A stretch of 63,843 bases of DNA, counting the filler, from Collodictyon triciliatum (Eukaryota), in the NCBI GenBank assembly GCA_043381765.1. It is 14 parts of 14 records of this genome, joined end to end, with 100 filler letters (N's around TTAATTAATTAA, not from the genome) between each part and the next. Parts side by side here need not be neighbours in the genome. Positions count along the whole stretch, not along the records: positions 13,006 to 17,239 come from JBHJMP010006352.1; positions 17,340 to 21,569 come from JBHJMP010006353.1; positions 21,670 to 25,899 come from JBHJMP010006354.1; positions 26,000 to 30,228 come from JBHJMP010006355.1; 10 more parts are not named here. One strand, 5' to 3'. Every line of letters begins with the position of its first letter. Position 1 is the first letter of the stretch. A program made the translations under genes and the position numbers. Positions 13,330 through 27,261 of the stretch are shown piece by piece. The notes below the pieces were generated by a model that saw only the letters and a list, made by a program, of their open reading frames with translations, searched no databases and was not told where the DNA came from.

Positions 13330-15008
13330 GAGTACATAAAAGAGCGATTTCCCCAAGGTACCATAGGTAATGCAGAGCATATAATGAAAGTTATTCATGG
13401 TGTTGAGATATTATCCTCTGAAGATCACATGAAAGCAACTTTTGTCCACCAGAAATCTACAGTCGAACCGGTTTAGCTCATTTTTTTTATGATTTTGTTT
13501 TAATGGATTGGTTATTCAGTTAGTTGCTTTCTTATTATTTCTGTTTATATATTAGTATTGTTATTATGATTGACAGTTTTGGTGCCGCTGCATCCCATGA
13601 TTCTGTAAAACATTATTGTCTTTGAGTGAATCAAGTGGGTATCATCTAAAAAAAAAAAAAAAAAACTAAATTGCCACAGTTTATCGAACACGGAAACGGA
13701 AAAATAAACTCGTTTCGGTGCACTTGCGTGAACAGCCGGATCTCGAAGCAGTTGTGCACTCACATCGCCGTTCTTTTGAAACTTTATCTAAAGCAAATAG
13801 AGCAAATCGTAAGGGATAATTACTAGGCTAGAACTTAATTTTTCAAACCAGCTACAATATATAACACATCTCTTAGCGTTTACGAGATAAAAAAAAGAAG
13901 TTAATAATAAATTGACATAACACGGCCGAAAAGTAATTGTTCATAACTCTTAGAAACTTTAACGCTTATCTTAAAATAGTCATTATTGACCTCATCATTT
14001 CTAATTACCAACATTACAACCCATAAAAGAGGCCACTTAGCAAATCGGGCGACCCCAGAGCTCTCACAATCAGTAATTAATTTTAATATATTTATCAATT
14101 CTGGCTTCCTTTTGATAAGTCCTATTTTTTTTTATTTTCGGTCTTTCATAATAAACCCTTTGAGAGAAAACGATATATTTGCAATTGTATAGATTCGTCC
14201 AGCGAGGAAAACCGTATTGGACTGGGGCCTCTATCAAACTCCCTGGAGTATATGCACACACCTGAAATCAAGGCTGAGCAAACTGTCCTCGAAAACCCAC
14301 GTAAACGAGCTCATGCTGATTTAAGTGCGCCTGTATCTCCAGTATGTACTAAAAATATCCCATTATTTATTTTCTTTTTTTCTTTTCTATTATATTATAT
14401 AATATAATGTTATATTATATTCTTTTTTCTTTTCTTTGTTTTTAGAAATTCAGGATACAGATTAAAAACGTGGAAATTGCCCCACGTCATCATCTCACTC
14501 ATCTTTTTCGTGGCATTATTGTAGATCTTGATCACTCCATCAGCAGAATCAAACGAAGTTAGCCTTCTTGAATCAACACCTGATCAAAAGGACAAGATCA
14601 TCGCCAATCTGAAGCAACAAATTGAGAACTTGGAAGCCCAGTAATTAGTGTATTAATCTGTTTCCGTTCATTTTTCTTTAGTGAGCGTATTTCCTTCCTC
14701 TATCATGATACCACTGACTAGATCCTGCTTCACTTTCCATGTTCGTTGTGCTGAGTGCAAATGTTTTTTTACATGCATATCTGAAGTTGGTTAATATACT
14801 ATATCGTCATGCTGGAGAAATGAGAGGCTACGGTTCGAAATGGAACTCAAGGAGTCACAATTACGAGCTGTAACAGAGAGACTTGTTTGCTTACAAAAGG
14901 TTCCCATAATCAACATTTTAACTGAATTTCATGTGTTCACATAATATTTTTTAGATATGCCAAATAGTCGAAAATAGAAAAATCTTTTATAATAATAATA
15001 TTAATTAA
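13330..15008 (+). CDS. SWIM zinc-finger protein with C-terminal coiled coil, probably 5' partial
   Basis: Exon from 13681 encodes SFRCTCVNSRISKQLCTHIAVLL (CxC-x8-CxH SWIM). Later exons encode KDKIIANLKQQIENLEAQNERLRFEMELKESQLRAVTERL. Stop TAA at 15008. Confidence 0.75.
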
Positions 15009-15473
15009 GATTTAATCGATGAAATAGGCACAGGACTCTCAAGTTCAAAATACAAGGTTTTTTTTTGTGGATTCTAGGGTTTATATTGGAATTTCTTCCT
15101 TGTATATTTTACCTCATTGGTTGTATGTCTGTTTTTTAAAAAAAAAAAAATCTTGAAATTTTTGTCAAGGAATCGCAAAAGCATATTGTCTGACCGTGTG
15201 GACTCTTTTGAGGTTTTTTCATCCTTTTCATCTTTTTCATCTTTTTCATCTTTTTCATCTTTATCTTCTTTATCTTCTTTATCTTCTTTATCTTCTTTAT
15301 CTTCTTTATCTTCTTTATCTTCTTTATCTTCTTTATCTTCTTTATCTTCTTTATCTTCTTGTAGATCGCTATATAATATAATTCGATGTAATACAAGACA
15401 TAAATCATAATAATACAAGTATATTAAAAACATTTGAAACACTTACTATTTATCAGTTTGACCAAATACCTAA

Positions 15474-16781
15474 GAACGGGTCATTGAAACCACTCAACAC
15501 GATGGTACTTTGGCTATATTTCATACTTTCGATCCCGTGTAATATATCTCCTCGTTTCTTACATCCCTGATTCAAGGTACCAACTGAGATGTCGTCTCCA
15601 TCCATAAAACCGTTGTAAGCTTAATGCTTCATTTACTTTCTTTGAAATCACATGTATTTGGTTGGTAAAATTTCACCGAGGAAGATTTTGTTCAAAACTG
15701 AAAAAAGTGTCTTTTGTAGCCAAACGCCAAGGAAAGACGATGATGTGGTTTGTCCTTTCGTTTGCGTACAATTCGGGATGCTTATGAAAAAGTTTTTTTT
15801 GTAAATGATGAATAATGTTGTCGCATCTTATTTGATTATTACGTCCATGTGTAGGGAACCCCGCCAAGACAAATCGCTAGGCAGATTGATGACTCTCCTG
15901 ACTGGCTTCCTGATGACGTACAAATGAATGTGAAATCTGGAACGCTTAATGGGTAGAAAATATATTGGGAAAGACTGTATTTATAATTCTGATTAAACAT
16001 TATTAGATAAGGCTTTCCCTTAACCACGATCCATTCAATATCAGTTGATTCAATTTATATTTATAGCTCTCGAGCTGGTGAAATACAACAATCAATTAGG
16101 TGATTTTTCTTTTTCTTTTTCTGCTTACCAACTATCAATGTCGATGGAATCATATTAAAATAATTATTATTTTTTTTTGGCTTTTATGCACATGCGAATC
16201 CTTGTTGCCTCGCTCCACCCACTATATGTTTGCGAATGAATGACGGCAACATTCCCACTGTTATTCTTTATTGTCATGCAAATCAAAGCTTCCGAAGCGT
16301 TAATGAAAGTGATGTGACTATCGACCCCGACGATTTCAAGATAATGGAAAAGGCTCGCCGAAATTCAAATCCAGTAATGCTTGCCGATTAGAACTAGAGC
16401 ATTCAACCATTCACATTACTGTCTTACATCGTACTACTAAACAACTGCATTACACTATCGAAATACCCCTTTATTAGACCAAAATGTCACGTAAATCGTG
16501 GAAAATATTTTACTTGCTGACAATTTATCAAAATACAAGGCTCGTGTGTCGAATGAACACAAGACCCATGAAAGACCAGCCTTACGACGGACTCCAGTAC
16601 GCATTTGAATCGCTTATTTTGTACAATAATTATATTGTTTTGTCGGGTGTCTCACTTAACTATTTCAGGCAGTTTTGGTAGATGGAATCTTTAATTGATA
16701 AACCCTAGACTTTGTATATTTGCATATTACCTAACATCGATTATATATTGATAGCCGAGGCGAACTTATGATGAGGCATAG
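15474..16781 (+). CDS. Hypothetical multi-microexon gene, no recognised domain
   Basis: Several AG..GT-bounded open segments (GTPPRQIARQIDDSPDWLPDD, IRLSLNHDPFNI, FRSVNESDVTIDPDDFKIMEKARRNSNP). Full phase chain not resolved. Confidence 0.3.
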
Positions 16782-17339
16782 AGAATACCCCGAGTTCAGT
16801 TAGGTGACTTTGGTCTCAACTCCAAGTGCCACACATTCGGTATTGGATTCAACGCCTCACTGGCAGAGTCTATACAATAAATTCATATCGAATAGTAGAA
16901 ATAATTTAACTGCAGTAAAAACTGGAGTCGTGCTTGCGTCAGTGTTGATTATGAAGGGAAATACCCCGGAGGATGAAAAGGAGTTGGAATCCTTAACTAT
17001 TAATTTGATTTTGGTGTCACCCCGGTGACTGTCTGTATACAAAAAGCCATTGGCGTAGACCTTTACGACTATATGACAATAAGAGCCAAATGAAACCAAC
17101 CCCATGGTCGAAATGAACCCTGTTATTCCCCGATTCTATTTTCACCCATTGCCCGTTTTATCTTTTTTTATCTTTTTTTTATCTTTTTTTTATCTTTTTT
17201 TTATCTTTTTTTTATCTTTTTTTTATCTTTTTTTTTTTTNNNNNNNNNNNNNNNNNNNNNNNNNNNNNNNNNNNNNNNNNNNNTTAATTAATTAANNNNN
17301 NNNNNNNNNNNNNNNNNNNNNNNNNNNNNNNNNNNNNNN

Positions 17340-17418
<79 letters not shown>

Positions 17419-17448
17419 AAGAGAAAAAAAATATGGAGGGGGTACGCT

Positions 17449-19270
17449 TCACTCGATAAATGGTGTTGGCTGGGCAGCGGTTTGAGAACGCAAGTATTTG
17501 ACGAGCTCTTTGTGAAAGTCTCTTGCGAACGAGACTGTTAACTCCCGCATTGTGATGTGTGTCAGTTGCGTTGGTGACAATTTGATAGTGATGGTTAAGC
17601 AGCCGGGATAAGGATGTTCGCTGGGCGGATGAATGAGTGTAATTATGGTTGTTGGTGAAGAGGACAGCGCGGTACACAACAGCAACAAATATAAAATAAA
17701 ATAATAAGATAAAATAGAATAGAATAGGAAGGCACCTGAAACGCACGATGTAAATACCGTCTGCCTGGGATCTCAGAATCTTTTCACATTGCTTTGAACC
17801 ATAGAATCCATGTAGCTGGTGCTTTCTGTATGTGATTTGATTCATAATTTACAGTGGGCTTCGTTTTGCAACTACAAAAACTGGGCCATAGAGATTCATA
17901 TTGGCGAATGTGCACATAGACAAGAACAAAGACAAAATTATTACCGCCACATCTCCAAGTACAAAGGAGGTGCCTTGGTTACGGTGTTATACACCCATTC
18001 AATGAGCTCGTGAGCTTTCTCTGTTGTTACTTTTTGACTAGCGGATAACATTTCTTGAAAGCAACCAAACGAATACATATTCAAGGAGCGGGCTCTATGT
18101 GAGCATGACCCGTAGAGAAGATTTTCAAGATAGACACAAAACACAGGAAGAAAGGCAGACCATGGCTTTCCCTAGATTAAACAAACGTACAAGACGTAAG
18201 AGATTATCGGTGAGAATGGTAAACAGAAATGATGCGATTAAATTTTTGTTCGGCCAAGCAAAATACAACTTAGTAAATACTTGGAGAATAATGACTGCAA
18301 GATTATAGGGACCAGATAATCTGCCTTTGCATTAAATTAATCTGATATATGATTGAAGGCGTGATAAAATGAAGCAAACATCTTGAACTAGTCCGTCAAT
18401 CATTTCCCACACAATATCCTTGTAAGACGCTAATTCATCTCCCTCGTGCATCACCCCATAGACAAACTGGCATGTTTCATTGGTTACTTGGGAATCCTAA
18501 ATGAGGATAAAGTATATCAGCTATATTCAAATTCAAGGGACGAACTCGACGAGAATATAGAGGAAACGACCCCCACATTCCCTTTTGTATTATCATGAAT
18601 ACATCGACATATTTCTGATATGACACAACATGTTAGAGCACAATAATCACGAGAATGAAATAAAAAAGAAAAAGAAAAAGAAAACCATCACTTTTATGAT
18701 TTCATAGTAATCAGTAACCTTTTCTAGGTTAAGAGAACAACATATTCGAACAATTCCTTTGCAATTTTGGAGGGAAATTCCATAAAATCCAAGTATTCCT
18801 GTCTGGGATTTGGCGACGCATTCAATCGGGACATCATAAAATAGTTCTAATGTAAAGGGTTTCTGTTTAGAAATTGCGTTGAATAAATCGAGAAAAAAAG
18901 AAGCAACCCAGGTTTACAATAGGGAATAACAAAAATGGATGTTCTTAGAATATAACATGAATATATTTTGAATACCTTGCTGGTAAAAAATCTTGGCTGA
19001 TATGATTTGTTTGATATTGTATCCTTGACATAAAGTTATGGGTGGCTGCAATAATAAATTCTGGTTCCCCTAATAAAAAAGGACACACAGCCATCATAAC
19101 CAAAAAAAAAAAAAAAGGATATAAAATATGGTAAGTATTCAAGTTCAAAAACTGGATTCCTGAATGAAGATAATATCTAAGGCTTGACTCTATTTCCACC
19201 ACAACATATTCTTACATGTTCTTTACTAGTCACAATTATCGGTAAGCCTAGACCTCCACCACTAGTGAAT
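17449..19270 (-). CDS. Second, divergent STAT-like linker-SH2 protein (ends uncertain)
   Basis: Spliced frame: TCQFVYGVMHEGDELASYKDIVWEMIDG...KPWSAFLPVF...RARSLNMYSFGCFQEML...ELIEWVYNTV...LEMWRKHQLHGFYGSKQCEKILRSQADGIYIVRFSEHPYPGCLTITI. Same order of motifs as the STAT linker plus SH2. Confidence 0.75.
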
Positions 19271-21274
19271 CTTTTACAATAAAAAGGTAGGTGACTAATA
19301 TGTTTCCCATCGGACTTACAAGAATAAATATAAAAGTGAACTTGATTAACATGCATCATATTTAAGATATACAAATACGAAACTGTATTTTTTTCTTCCT
19401 TATTTGATTGAATAGGGGATTTCCCACAATTATTATTTAAACCCTACTGTTCCAATAAATTATCTCCAGAACGTATGCGTGGTGGTTGACCACTTAGTCT
19501 ACAAATAGAGAGCGATTAAGTAGCCAGTTGGGGTCGAGAGAGAAAAAAAATGCGAAAAAAATGAAGAGAGCAGCGCTAGGGGAGGCTCTCTGAAATACTT
19601 GGAAGAGTGGAAGCATGGAAACGGTCCAAAAAAAAAAAGTTAGAGGTGTCAAAAAAAAGTGTGAAGAGTAGCGTACATCTTTGGAGGGGGTTTCGAAGGG
19701 ATCGACGATTCCAGATTTAAGAGAGGAAAGTAAGAAGAAAAAAAACCAAAGAAACAAAACAGAAAAACAGAAGCGAAGAAAAGGAGACACGAAAACGGGA
19801 CAAACTTGTTGGTGCTCCCATGGGCTTCGTGGTAAGACATCTCCTTATCCCTTCTCCCTAAAGCAAGACTATTACAACCCAACCCCACAGCAGGTTCCTA
19901 AAATGCGTCACGTTTCGGTGCTCTTAACTAGATTCCCTGGTTTCCACAAAGTATCTTCGCTAAGTGTTCCACGAGACCTCGCCGAATATCCCACTATAAG
20001 CGCAGCACGATCCATGCCGGCCGTTGCGGTGGAAGATATGGCATCACTGAGCGGCTAAAACTGATTTAGATTCTGTGGATTATAAACACAGCCACCGACT
20101 GCATTATCTACAACCCACGCATCTTTTTTTTTTGTCCTTCCACGCCACAAAATACTCTCTTCCTCCACTATGAAGGTTATTTTCATCACCGAACTTGCCA
20201 TTCGTCATATTTCTCAAGGAAAGTAATCTACGGGAATGATGAAAAAGATTTCAAATACTTCGATAACAACATCGGAAAGATTATACAGAAAACATCATGC
20301 AAGTATGCTTGCTAGTGGAGAGTGAAATATGCTCACATAATATAAAGAAATACTAACATATGTGAGATGCTTCTTACGAATTTTAGAGCCACCTAAGCAA
20401 GGGGGCTGTGCGTATTAGATGGGAAAAAAAAAATGAAATCAAGATTCAGAGTCTTTCTGAATGGACGAGAGGACGACGCATACGCCCCTCATCCACATTT
20501 GTCCTTACACATATGTGGAATTCCAATTATCAGGAAGGTTGGAGGCATTACTTCCGCTTCGAGGCGACAATGACCATTCAAACATTCAAAAAATTAAACA
20601 ATCGTTGGCGTGGTCACACCCAAGACAAATCCCCATTTATGTACATATTCCGGTTCCATTCAGTGTGAACTATGTCATTTGGATAAATGTTCCAGATATT
20701 CCCTGCTTGGAATGAGGCGAGAAAAAAAGGGAAAAAAAGGGAGCCGCATAAAGGCATCAAGCTATATCCAATCAGTGGGTGGTCGGATGTCAACTGCAGA
20801 GGTACAAATAATCAGAACCAAGCGAACAAGCAGCACGCACGAGCAGCAAAAGGAGAGAGCAAAATGAAGCGCCTTCCAAGCGCCCGGAGAGCGATTCAAT
20901 GCGCGTGAGGCGTATGGCACAAAATGATAGTCAACTCGGCGTCCAAACAGACCCAAGCCATGGTGCAAAGTCTTGTCCGCCAGACGAAGCAATTGGAGTC
21001 ATTGGCAAAACCCAGAAGCCGTCGAATTGCCAGCCAAACATAGCCTTGCCACCGACTAAGGATCCTCTTCGCTCCCGATTGATATCAGCCTCCTTCGCTG
21101 ACTCACAAAGTTCAGACAAACAATGGCCTGAAGCCGTTTTCGAAAACGAGTAGTATTTCGGAGTGACACACACAAAGGAGAGGATGGTATCTCAGTAACT
21201 AACAACAAGTAAAACAAATAGACACCGGCTCCTCGAACGCACAAAAAAAGCAGGAAAGGAAGCAAGAAGAGCGG

Positions 21275-21569
21275 ATGGCCATGGACGTAGCAACCCTGCA
21301 ACGCCGGGGCATGTGGCTCAGTGTGATCGGAGTTGCGCTCGTCGTCTTGGGCGTCGGTATCTCGCAAGGCATCCGCATGAAGTTGCAGGACGGCGTGGAA
21401 AAGGCTGTGGTTGTGGACTCTGTGGACTCGGCCGGGTACGACTCGTGGCTGCGTACAAACGACGGGACTGACCCTTTCTACAGCTACAACATCTACGTCT
21501 TCAACATCACAAACATCGACAAGGTGGTTGCAGATGGCGATCAGCCGATTGTCCAGCAGATTGGTCCGT
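21275..21569 (+). CDS. CD36/LIMP-II/croquemort-family scavenger receptor, N-terminal part
   Basis: N-terminal TM helix, then DSVDSAGYDSW...YNIYVFNITNIDKVVADGDQPIVQQIGP (CD36 signature FN.TN...G..P...GPY). Cut by spacer. Confidence 0.88.
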
Positions 21570-21988
21570 NNNNNNNNNNNNNNNNNNNNNNNNNNNNNNN
21601 NNNNNNNNNNNNNTTAATTAATTAANNNNNNNNNNNNNNNNNNNNNNNNNNNNNNNNNNNNNNNNNNNNAAAGAAAAAAGAAAAAGAAAAAGAAAAAAGA
21701 AAAATAGAAAAATAGAAAAAAAAGAAAAGAAAAAAGAAAGAAGAAAAAAAGAAAGAAGAAAAAAGAAAGAAGAAAAAAAGAAAGAAGAAAAAAAGAAAGA
21801 AGAAAAAAAGAAAGAAGAAAAAAAGAAAGAAGAAAAAAAGAAAAAAGAAAAAAAGAAAGAAGAAAAAAAGAAAAAAGAAAATCTATAGTGCTCGCGTTGC
21901 AATTCCTGGTGGTAGTATTGTTAACTAGCGAGCCCATACAAAATTAAGTCCTTTGTATTATGGTATTATTTCACCAAACAGGCAAGAT

Positions 21989-23552
21989 ATGGGTTTGATC
22001 TACAGATATATTCGCTTGGAGAGGCTCTTTTTTGGTGGAATGCGGGTTTCTAAACGCTCTGTTTCTACGGGCAACGTTATCCTTACCAGTGTTGAGCTTA
22101 ACTACCTTAAAACAGCATCACCCGAGCCTACGTCAAAACCACCTCTGTTTATTTTGCACGGGCTTTTTGGTCACTCTGGAAATTGGTTGGGCTTCTCATT
22201 TTATTTTACCAGATAGCCTCTTTATTTCCTGCCATTGTCATTTCTTCGGGAAACATAATTTTAGTATCCATGTTGCCTTCTCGGTATATTTCGGGGAAGT
22301 ATTATTGCTCCTTCTGAAGGACTTTTCACTCACTCACTCACTCACTCACTCACTCACTCACTCACTCACTCACTCACTCACTCACTCACTCACTCACTCA
22401 CTCACTCACTCACTCACTCACTCACTCACTCACATACCATCAATCCCATCCAATCAGTACAAATACACCAAATCCAGTTTCATCCTTCTGGCTTTGATTA
22501 TATGGGAAATTACAAAGATAATATAATTCAATAAAAAAAAAAAACCCCACCCCCAGGCGGTCGCTCTCCCAAAAGCTCGCGATGACTAATCGCGATGTCT
22601 ATGCCATCGACATTCGAAACCATGGCTCCAGTCCACATGCAGATGATATGGACTATGCAACCCTTGCGCGTGACATTGTGAGGTTACAAAGTAGACTTCA
22701 GATACCTGTTTTTGACTTAATCGGCCATAGCATGGGTGAGAAAATATGAACTTCTTACTTGGACATTCATACATCTCTTTGTTGGATTCAATTTTCCTTG
22801 AAAATTTTGAGCTGTTAGTTGACGGAAGCCTTTAAAGATCAACACTCATCTTTCTAGGTGGGAAAGTTGCGATGATGACGGCACTGTTATATCCTGATTC
22901 TGTTGAGCGAGCCGTGATCATGGACATTTCTCCAGTATCATACTCTACAAAAGAACTTCTAGAAACCTGGTCGACTGTTAACTATGTTATCGACGTCATG
23001 TCAAAGTTTCCATTGGATAAGATTAATAATCGTAAAGACGCAGATGAAAAGATGGAGTCCGTCGTCCCAGTAATAATGATGTACTTTTGGAATGCAGCTT
23101 TGTACAAGAAATAAATGAATAAATCCTTACTCACAAAATAAATCAATTAATGACTAAATTATATTTTTCTTTAATTTTTACATACAAAACCATAGGGCTA
23201 TGTTTTGAGACAGTTCATTCTTCAAAATCTTGTAAATGATGACCTTGGTAATGGACAAAAGAAGTGGAAGTGGAGAGTTAACTTGGATGCTATCCGGAAA
23301 AATAGACACGATATTGCTGACTTCACCATTCCCACTACCTACCGCATTTTTGAGAAGCCAACGTTATTTATTCGTGGCACAAAATCTGATTTCATTCTAG
23401 AGTCACACAAACAAATAATAGCAAAGTTCTTCCCAAGGTCTCACATACTTGATATTGAAGGAGCAGGACATTGGATCCATATGGAACAACCGGATACTTT
23501 TTTGAGTATCACAACTCATTTTCTTGATAACGATTCCCATTTTGAACTCTGA
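21989..23552 (+). CDS. ABHD11: ABHD11/YbfF-like alpha/beta hydrolase, paralogue 1
   Basis: Exons 21989-22185, 22557-22735, 22858-23069, 23196-23552. Motifs LHGLFG..NW, DIRNHGSSPH, GHSMGGKVAM, DISP, AGHWIH.E.P. Arg-rich presequence-like N-terminus. Confidence 0.93.
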
Positions 23553-24087
23553 CATCAATTTAACTGAGGAAGAGAAACCCTTTGATACCATCGAGAGCAA
23601 CACTATTGATCTTTTCACTCATAAAATGACATCGTGATGGCATATCCATGATTTTGATGTATAAGTTAGTCAAAATAACCAAACATAATATAAAAAAATT
23701 TAACTTTAAGCAATATAGAGTTTCTTTGCAGCACGTATACAAATGACCTTTTAATTACTTTCCCTACTTTTTTTAGACAGACAAGAGTCATTCCTCTGAC
23801 CATGTCCTTCCTTCCTTCTTTTTTCCTTTCTCCTCTCTTTTTTCATTTCTAATAATACTAATTATAAACAACGAAAAATGAGAAATGAATAATGAATGAG
23901 AAATGAATAATGAATGAGAAATGAGAAATGAGAAATGAGAAATGAGAAATGAGAAATGAGAAATGGAAAATGAGAAATGAATAATGAATAATGAATGAGT
24001 TATGAGTAATGAGTAATGAGTAATGAGTTATGAGATAACAAAAATTAATTGCCATTTGCTCCTACTACGACTTATTTCAGAGGTAAA

Positions 24088-25697
24088 ATGACAGCACTCT
24101 TCAATAACCGTGTCAAGGCTGCATGTCAACACCGACTTTGGGGTTTCTATTCCACATCACCTTTAGCCTCTAGCGACAAGCCGGCACAACTGAATTACTT
24201 ATTCAAACCGGCTGCCACGAGATTGGTTACAAAACCACCATTGCTCGTCTTGCACGGGTTATTTGGAAATGCGACGAACTGGTACCTCGTCTAATCTGAA
24301 AATAAAATTACAATATATTCTGACCTTAGAAGATAAATCCAAGGATATAAAAATATTTTTTGTTTTGTTTTTAGAGCCATCAGAAAATGATGACGAGTAC
24401 TGTCTTGTTATCAAATCAGCATAAACAATCTCTAAATAATAGGCGAACCATTTCATCTAAATTTGCAGAGGAGGGTTCAAGCGTGTACTCTGTGGATTTA
24501 AGAAATCACGGTACCAGCGAGCACAGAGATGAGATGAACTATGTAGGTATGGCGAACGATATTTTACACTTCTTGCAAGAGAGACAACTCGATTCAATTG
24601 ACATCTTGGCTCATAGCATGGGTAAATGTCTCGATTCAAATTCTTATATGCATCCCCTTACAATATCATCTGAAGATATAAAAAAATATTTCCAAAACTT
24701 TTTCCAATTAATTCATATTAAAGCTATTTTAATGTTATCATTTTCATTCTTATGGTTAATGTTGATGTTATTTATATTTGTTTATCCTTTTTTTTTTCTA
24801 CTCACAAAGATGCTCATCAATGCAACAATAAATTGATTCGCCTTTCCTTTGCATCATAGGAGGAAAAGTGGCAATGGCATTTACCTTGCTCAACCCTCAC
24901 ATGGTTCGCAAGCTATGTGTTGTGGATATTGCACCTGTTCTTTATGGAAGCTCAGAGACCTCGACAACAAGATCAACTATGATGAAGGTTCTGAAAGCCA
25001 TCGATTCATTCTCAACATCGGGGTTGAAGTCTCGTAAAGATGCTGATTCGAGGATGCAGCAATATATTCCCGTAATTGAAATTTTGATTCATTCATTACA
25101 TTCTCCAAATAAAAAATCATATATTTCCATAAAAAATTCCACTATTCTCTATTTAACGAGTAGGTTCTCAATTCGATATTCTTTCCCAATAATGATTCAT
25201 CCAACTCATCATAATTAGTTACAATTTTCTAGTCTGAGGGACTAGTTAATCAGTTTTATCATTTTTGAATTTCACCACACGCGACCTGGTTGGAGTTGAA
25301 TGCGATATTAACAACAAATACATCGCTTTTCAATCAGGAATTAGGACTACGACAGTTTATTCTTCAAAATCTAGTTCGTAATGAGGAGCTTGGGTTTGAT
25401 GAATGGAAATGGCGCATGAACACGTCTGCCATTCGCAACAACATGGCTAATCTGACGGATTTTGCCGTTCCGATGCCCCCAGGACAGCCCTTTTCAGGCT
25501 CAACGCTCTTTATGAAGGGAGAGAAGTCAAATTATATTCGAGATGAGCATATCCCGACCATCACAGGATTTTTTCCAAGCGCTCGTGTTCAAGTGATACC
25601 CGGAGCAGGCCATTGGATTCACGCTGAACAGCCTGCTCTGTTCATTGAACATGCTACAGAGTTCTTTAACACTTTAACGAAATTTACTGTTCGTTAA
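24088..25697 (+). CDS. ABHD11: ABHD11/YbfF-like alpha/beta hydrolase, paralogue 2
   Basis: Exons 24088-24281, 24443-24621, 24860-25071, 25338-25697. Motifs LHGLFGNATNW, DLRNHG, AHSMGGKVAM, DIAP, AGHWIHAEQP. Confidence 0.93.
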
Positions 25698-27261
25698 CGA
25701 TAAAACCCTATCCTCCTCTTCTTTTCAAGCGCAAGAGATGCCGCATAATGAAAATCGCAAAAACAGATTCAGATAACGTTTTTTCTTCTTAACATAATAA
25801 TAACAATAACAATAACAATAACAATAACAATAACAATAACAATAACAATAACAATAACAATAACAATAACAATAACAATAACAATAATAATAACAATAAN
25901 NNNNNNNNNNNNNNNNNNNNNNNNNNNNNNNNNNNNNNNNNNNTTAATTAATTAANNNNNNNNNNNNNNNNNNNNNNNNNNNNNNNNNNNNNNNNNNNNA
26001 GAGAAAAAAGAGAGAAAAAAGAGAGAAAAAAGAGAGAAAAAAGAGAGAAAAAAGAGAGAAAAAAGAGAGAAAAAAGAGAGAAAAAAGAGAGAAAAGAGAG
26101 AGAAAAGAGAAAAGATAAATGAATCAGAGCAACTAATACTGAACACTATAATCATAATTATCTTGCTCCCCGTGGGTCGATGGCCAGAGCTCGATCGGTC
26201 TTTTTTTTATTCCTCTTTATTCTTATTATCATTTGTTTCAAAGAGCTCGCTCCGTTTTATTAGTAGCTTGTTGTACACACGGGTCGGAGGCGGCTGGCGT
26301 CTTGATCTTCGGAGGTGTCTCTGTGCATAACCTGTGTTGCAAAGGCATGTGCAGTAAAGTAACCTTTTCACTCTCTGCGTTGGCTGCGTCGGCCTTCCCG
26401 GTTTGCGAACAATCAGTAGGCATTCATGGGCACAGGGCTGTGGCGCCGGTCTCGTCCTTCTCGGGATCGCTCTTTCCGATCGCTTGCGTGTTTTTTTTTT
26501 TCCGGCTTCAGAGTGTGGTGGGTTGGGAGAAAGAAGGAAAGAATGCCAGTGTAATAATATTATTTTCTGAAGAATGTCATTTGTCTCTGCCAGCGTTTAT
26601 TATCTCTCATAAGAGAGACTTCTTATTCATAATGTTTTTTCTTTATTGCTCTTCTCAATTATGTCTCGTGTATCACAACATTATTCACATTGCAAGGTTA
26701 AGAATAGATCGATCGATCTTGATAAAAATTTTTACACACACAAAGAAGCAAAGAAACAAATGAACCCACAGATATAAGAACAAATAAGCAGTTAATATTT
26801 AACTATATTTCGTATGATGCAAGCAAAATGGTGCCCATATTCAGTATCAAAATATTTAAGAAAATATTCTCCACAGATGGATAATCTATACCGATTAAGT
26901 AAAGATGGGGTTATCCATATAAGTTTACAGATTGATCCTTCTTCCAAAACAAAACCGGTTTGTGCACAAAAGCCAGAAAGTCCAGCAAACCAAAGCCAAA
27001 AGGCAGGAAAGAAAAAGAAAAAAAAAAAGAAAAAGAAGCTGCTCTGCGTAGAACACAAACGAGCTGCTTGGGTGTCCTCTCTTTCTTTTCTTTTCTTTTT
27101 CCCCTCTTTCTCTTTCTCTTTCTCTTTTCTTTCTCCATTCTCCATTTTCTTCCTCATTTCCTTCTTCACTTACCTATACTATACTCCGAAAATAATCAAC
27201 TTAATTGCCGTCATTGCGCTGCAGCGACGCTGACTCCAAAGTCGTGTGGTATATTTCGGAC

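Noticed and set aside
15074-15442. EDK-repeat, poly-Ile/Leu/Phe/Lys and similar ORFs in the ORF track (also 8678-8886, 38104-38581, 43256-43489, 51447-51933)
   Set aside because: These are translations of microsatellites or N gaps, with no splice or domain support.
20408-21173. Short ORFs between the STAT-like and CD36 genes
   Set aside because: No recognisable domain or consistent exon chain.
21989-25697. Alternative genetic code or non-canonical introns
   Set aside because: ABHD11, IMPase, kinase, PDE and DRC10 all splice with GT-AG and have no in-frame stops. TAA, TAG and TGA all serve as terminators.
26238-26423. Minus-strand ORF MPTDCSQTGK... as a gene start
   Set aside because: Plausible first exon, but no domain or verifiable continuation before the contig end.
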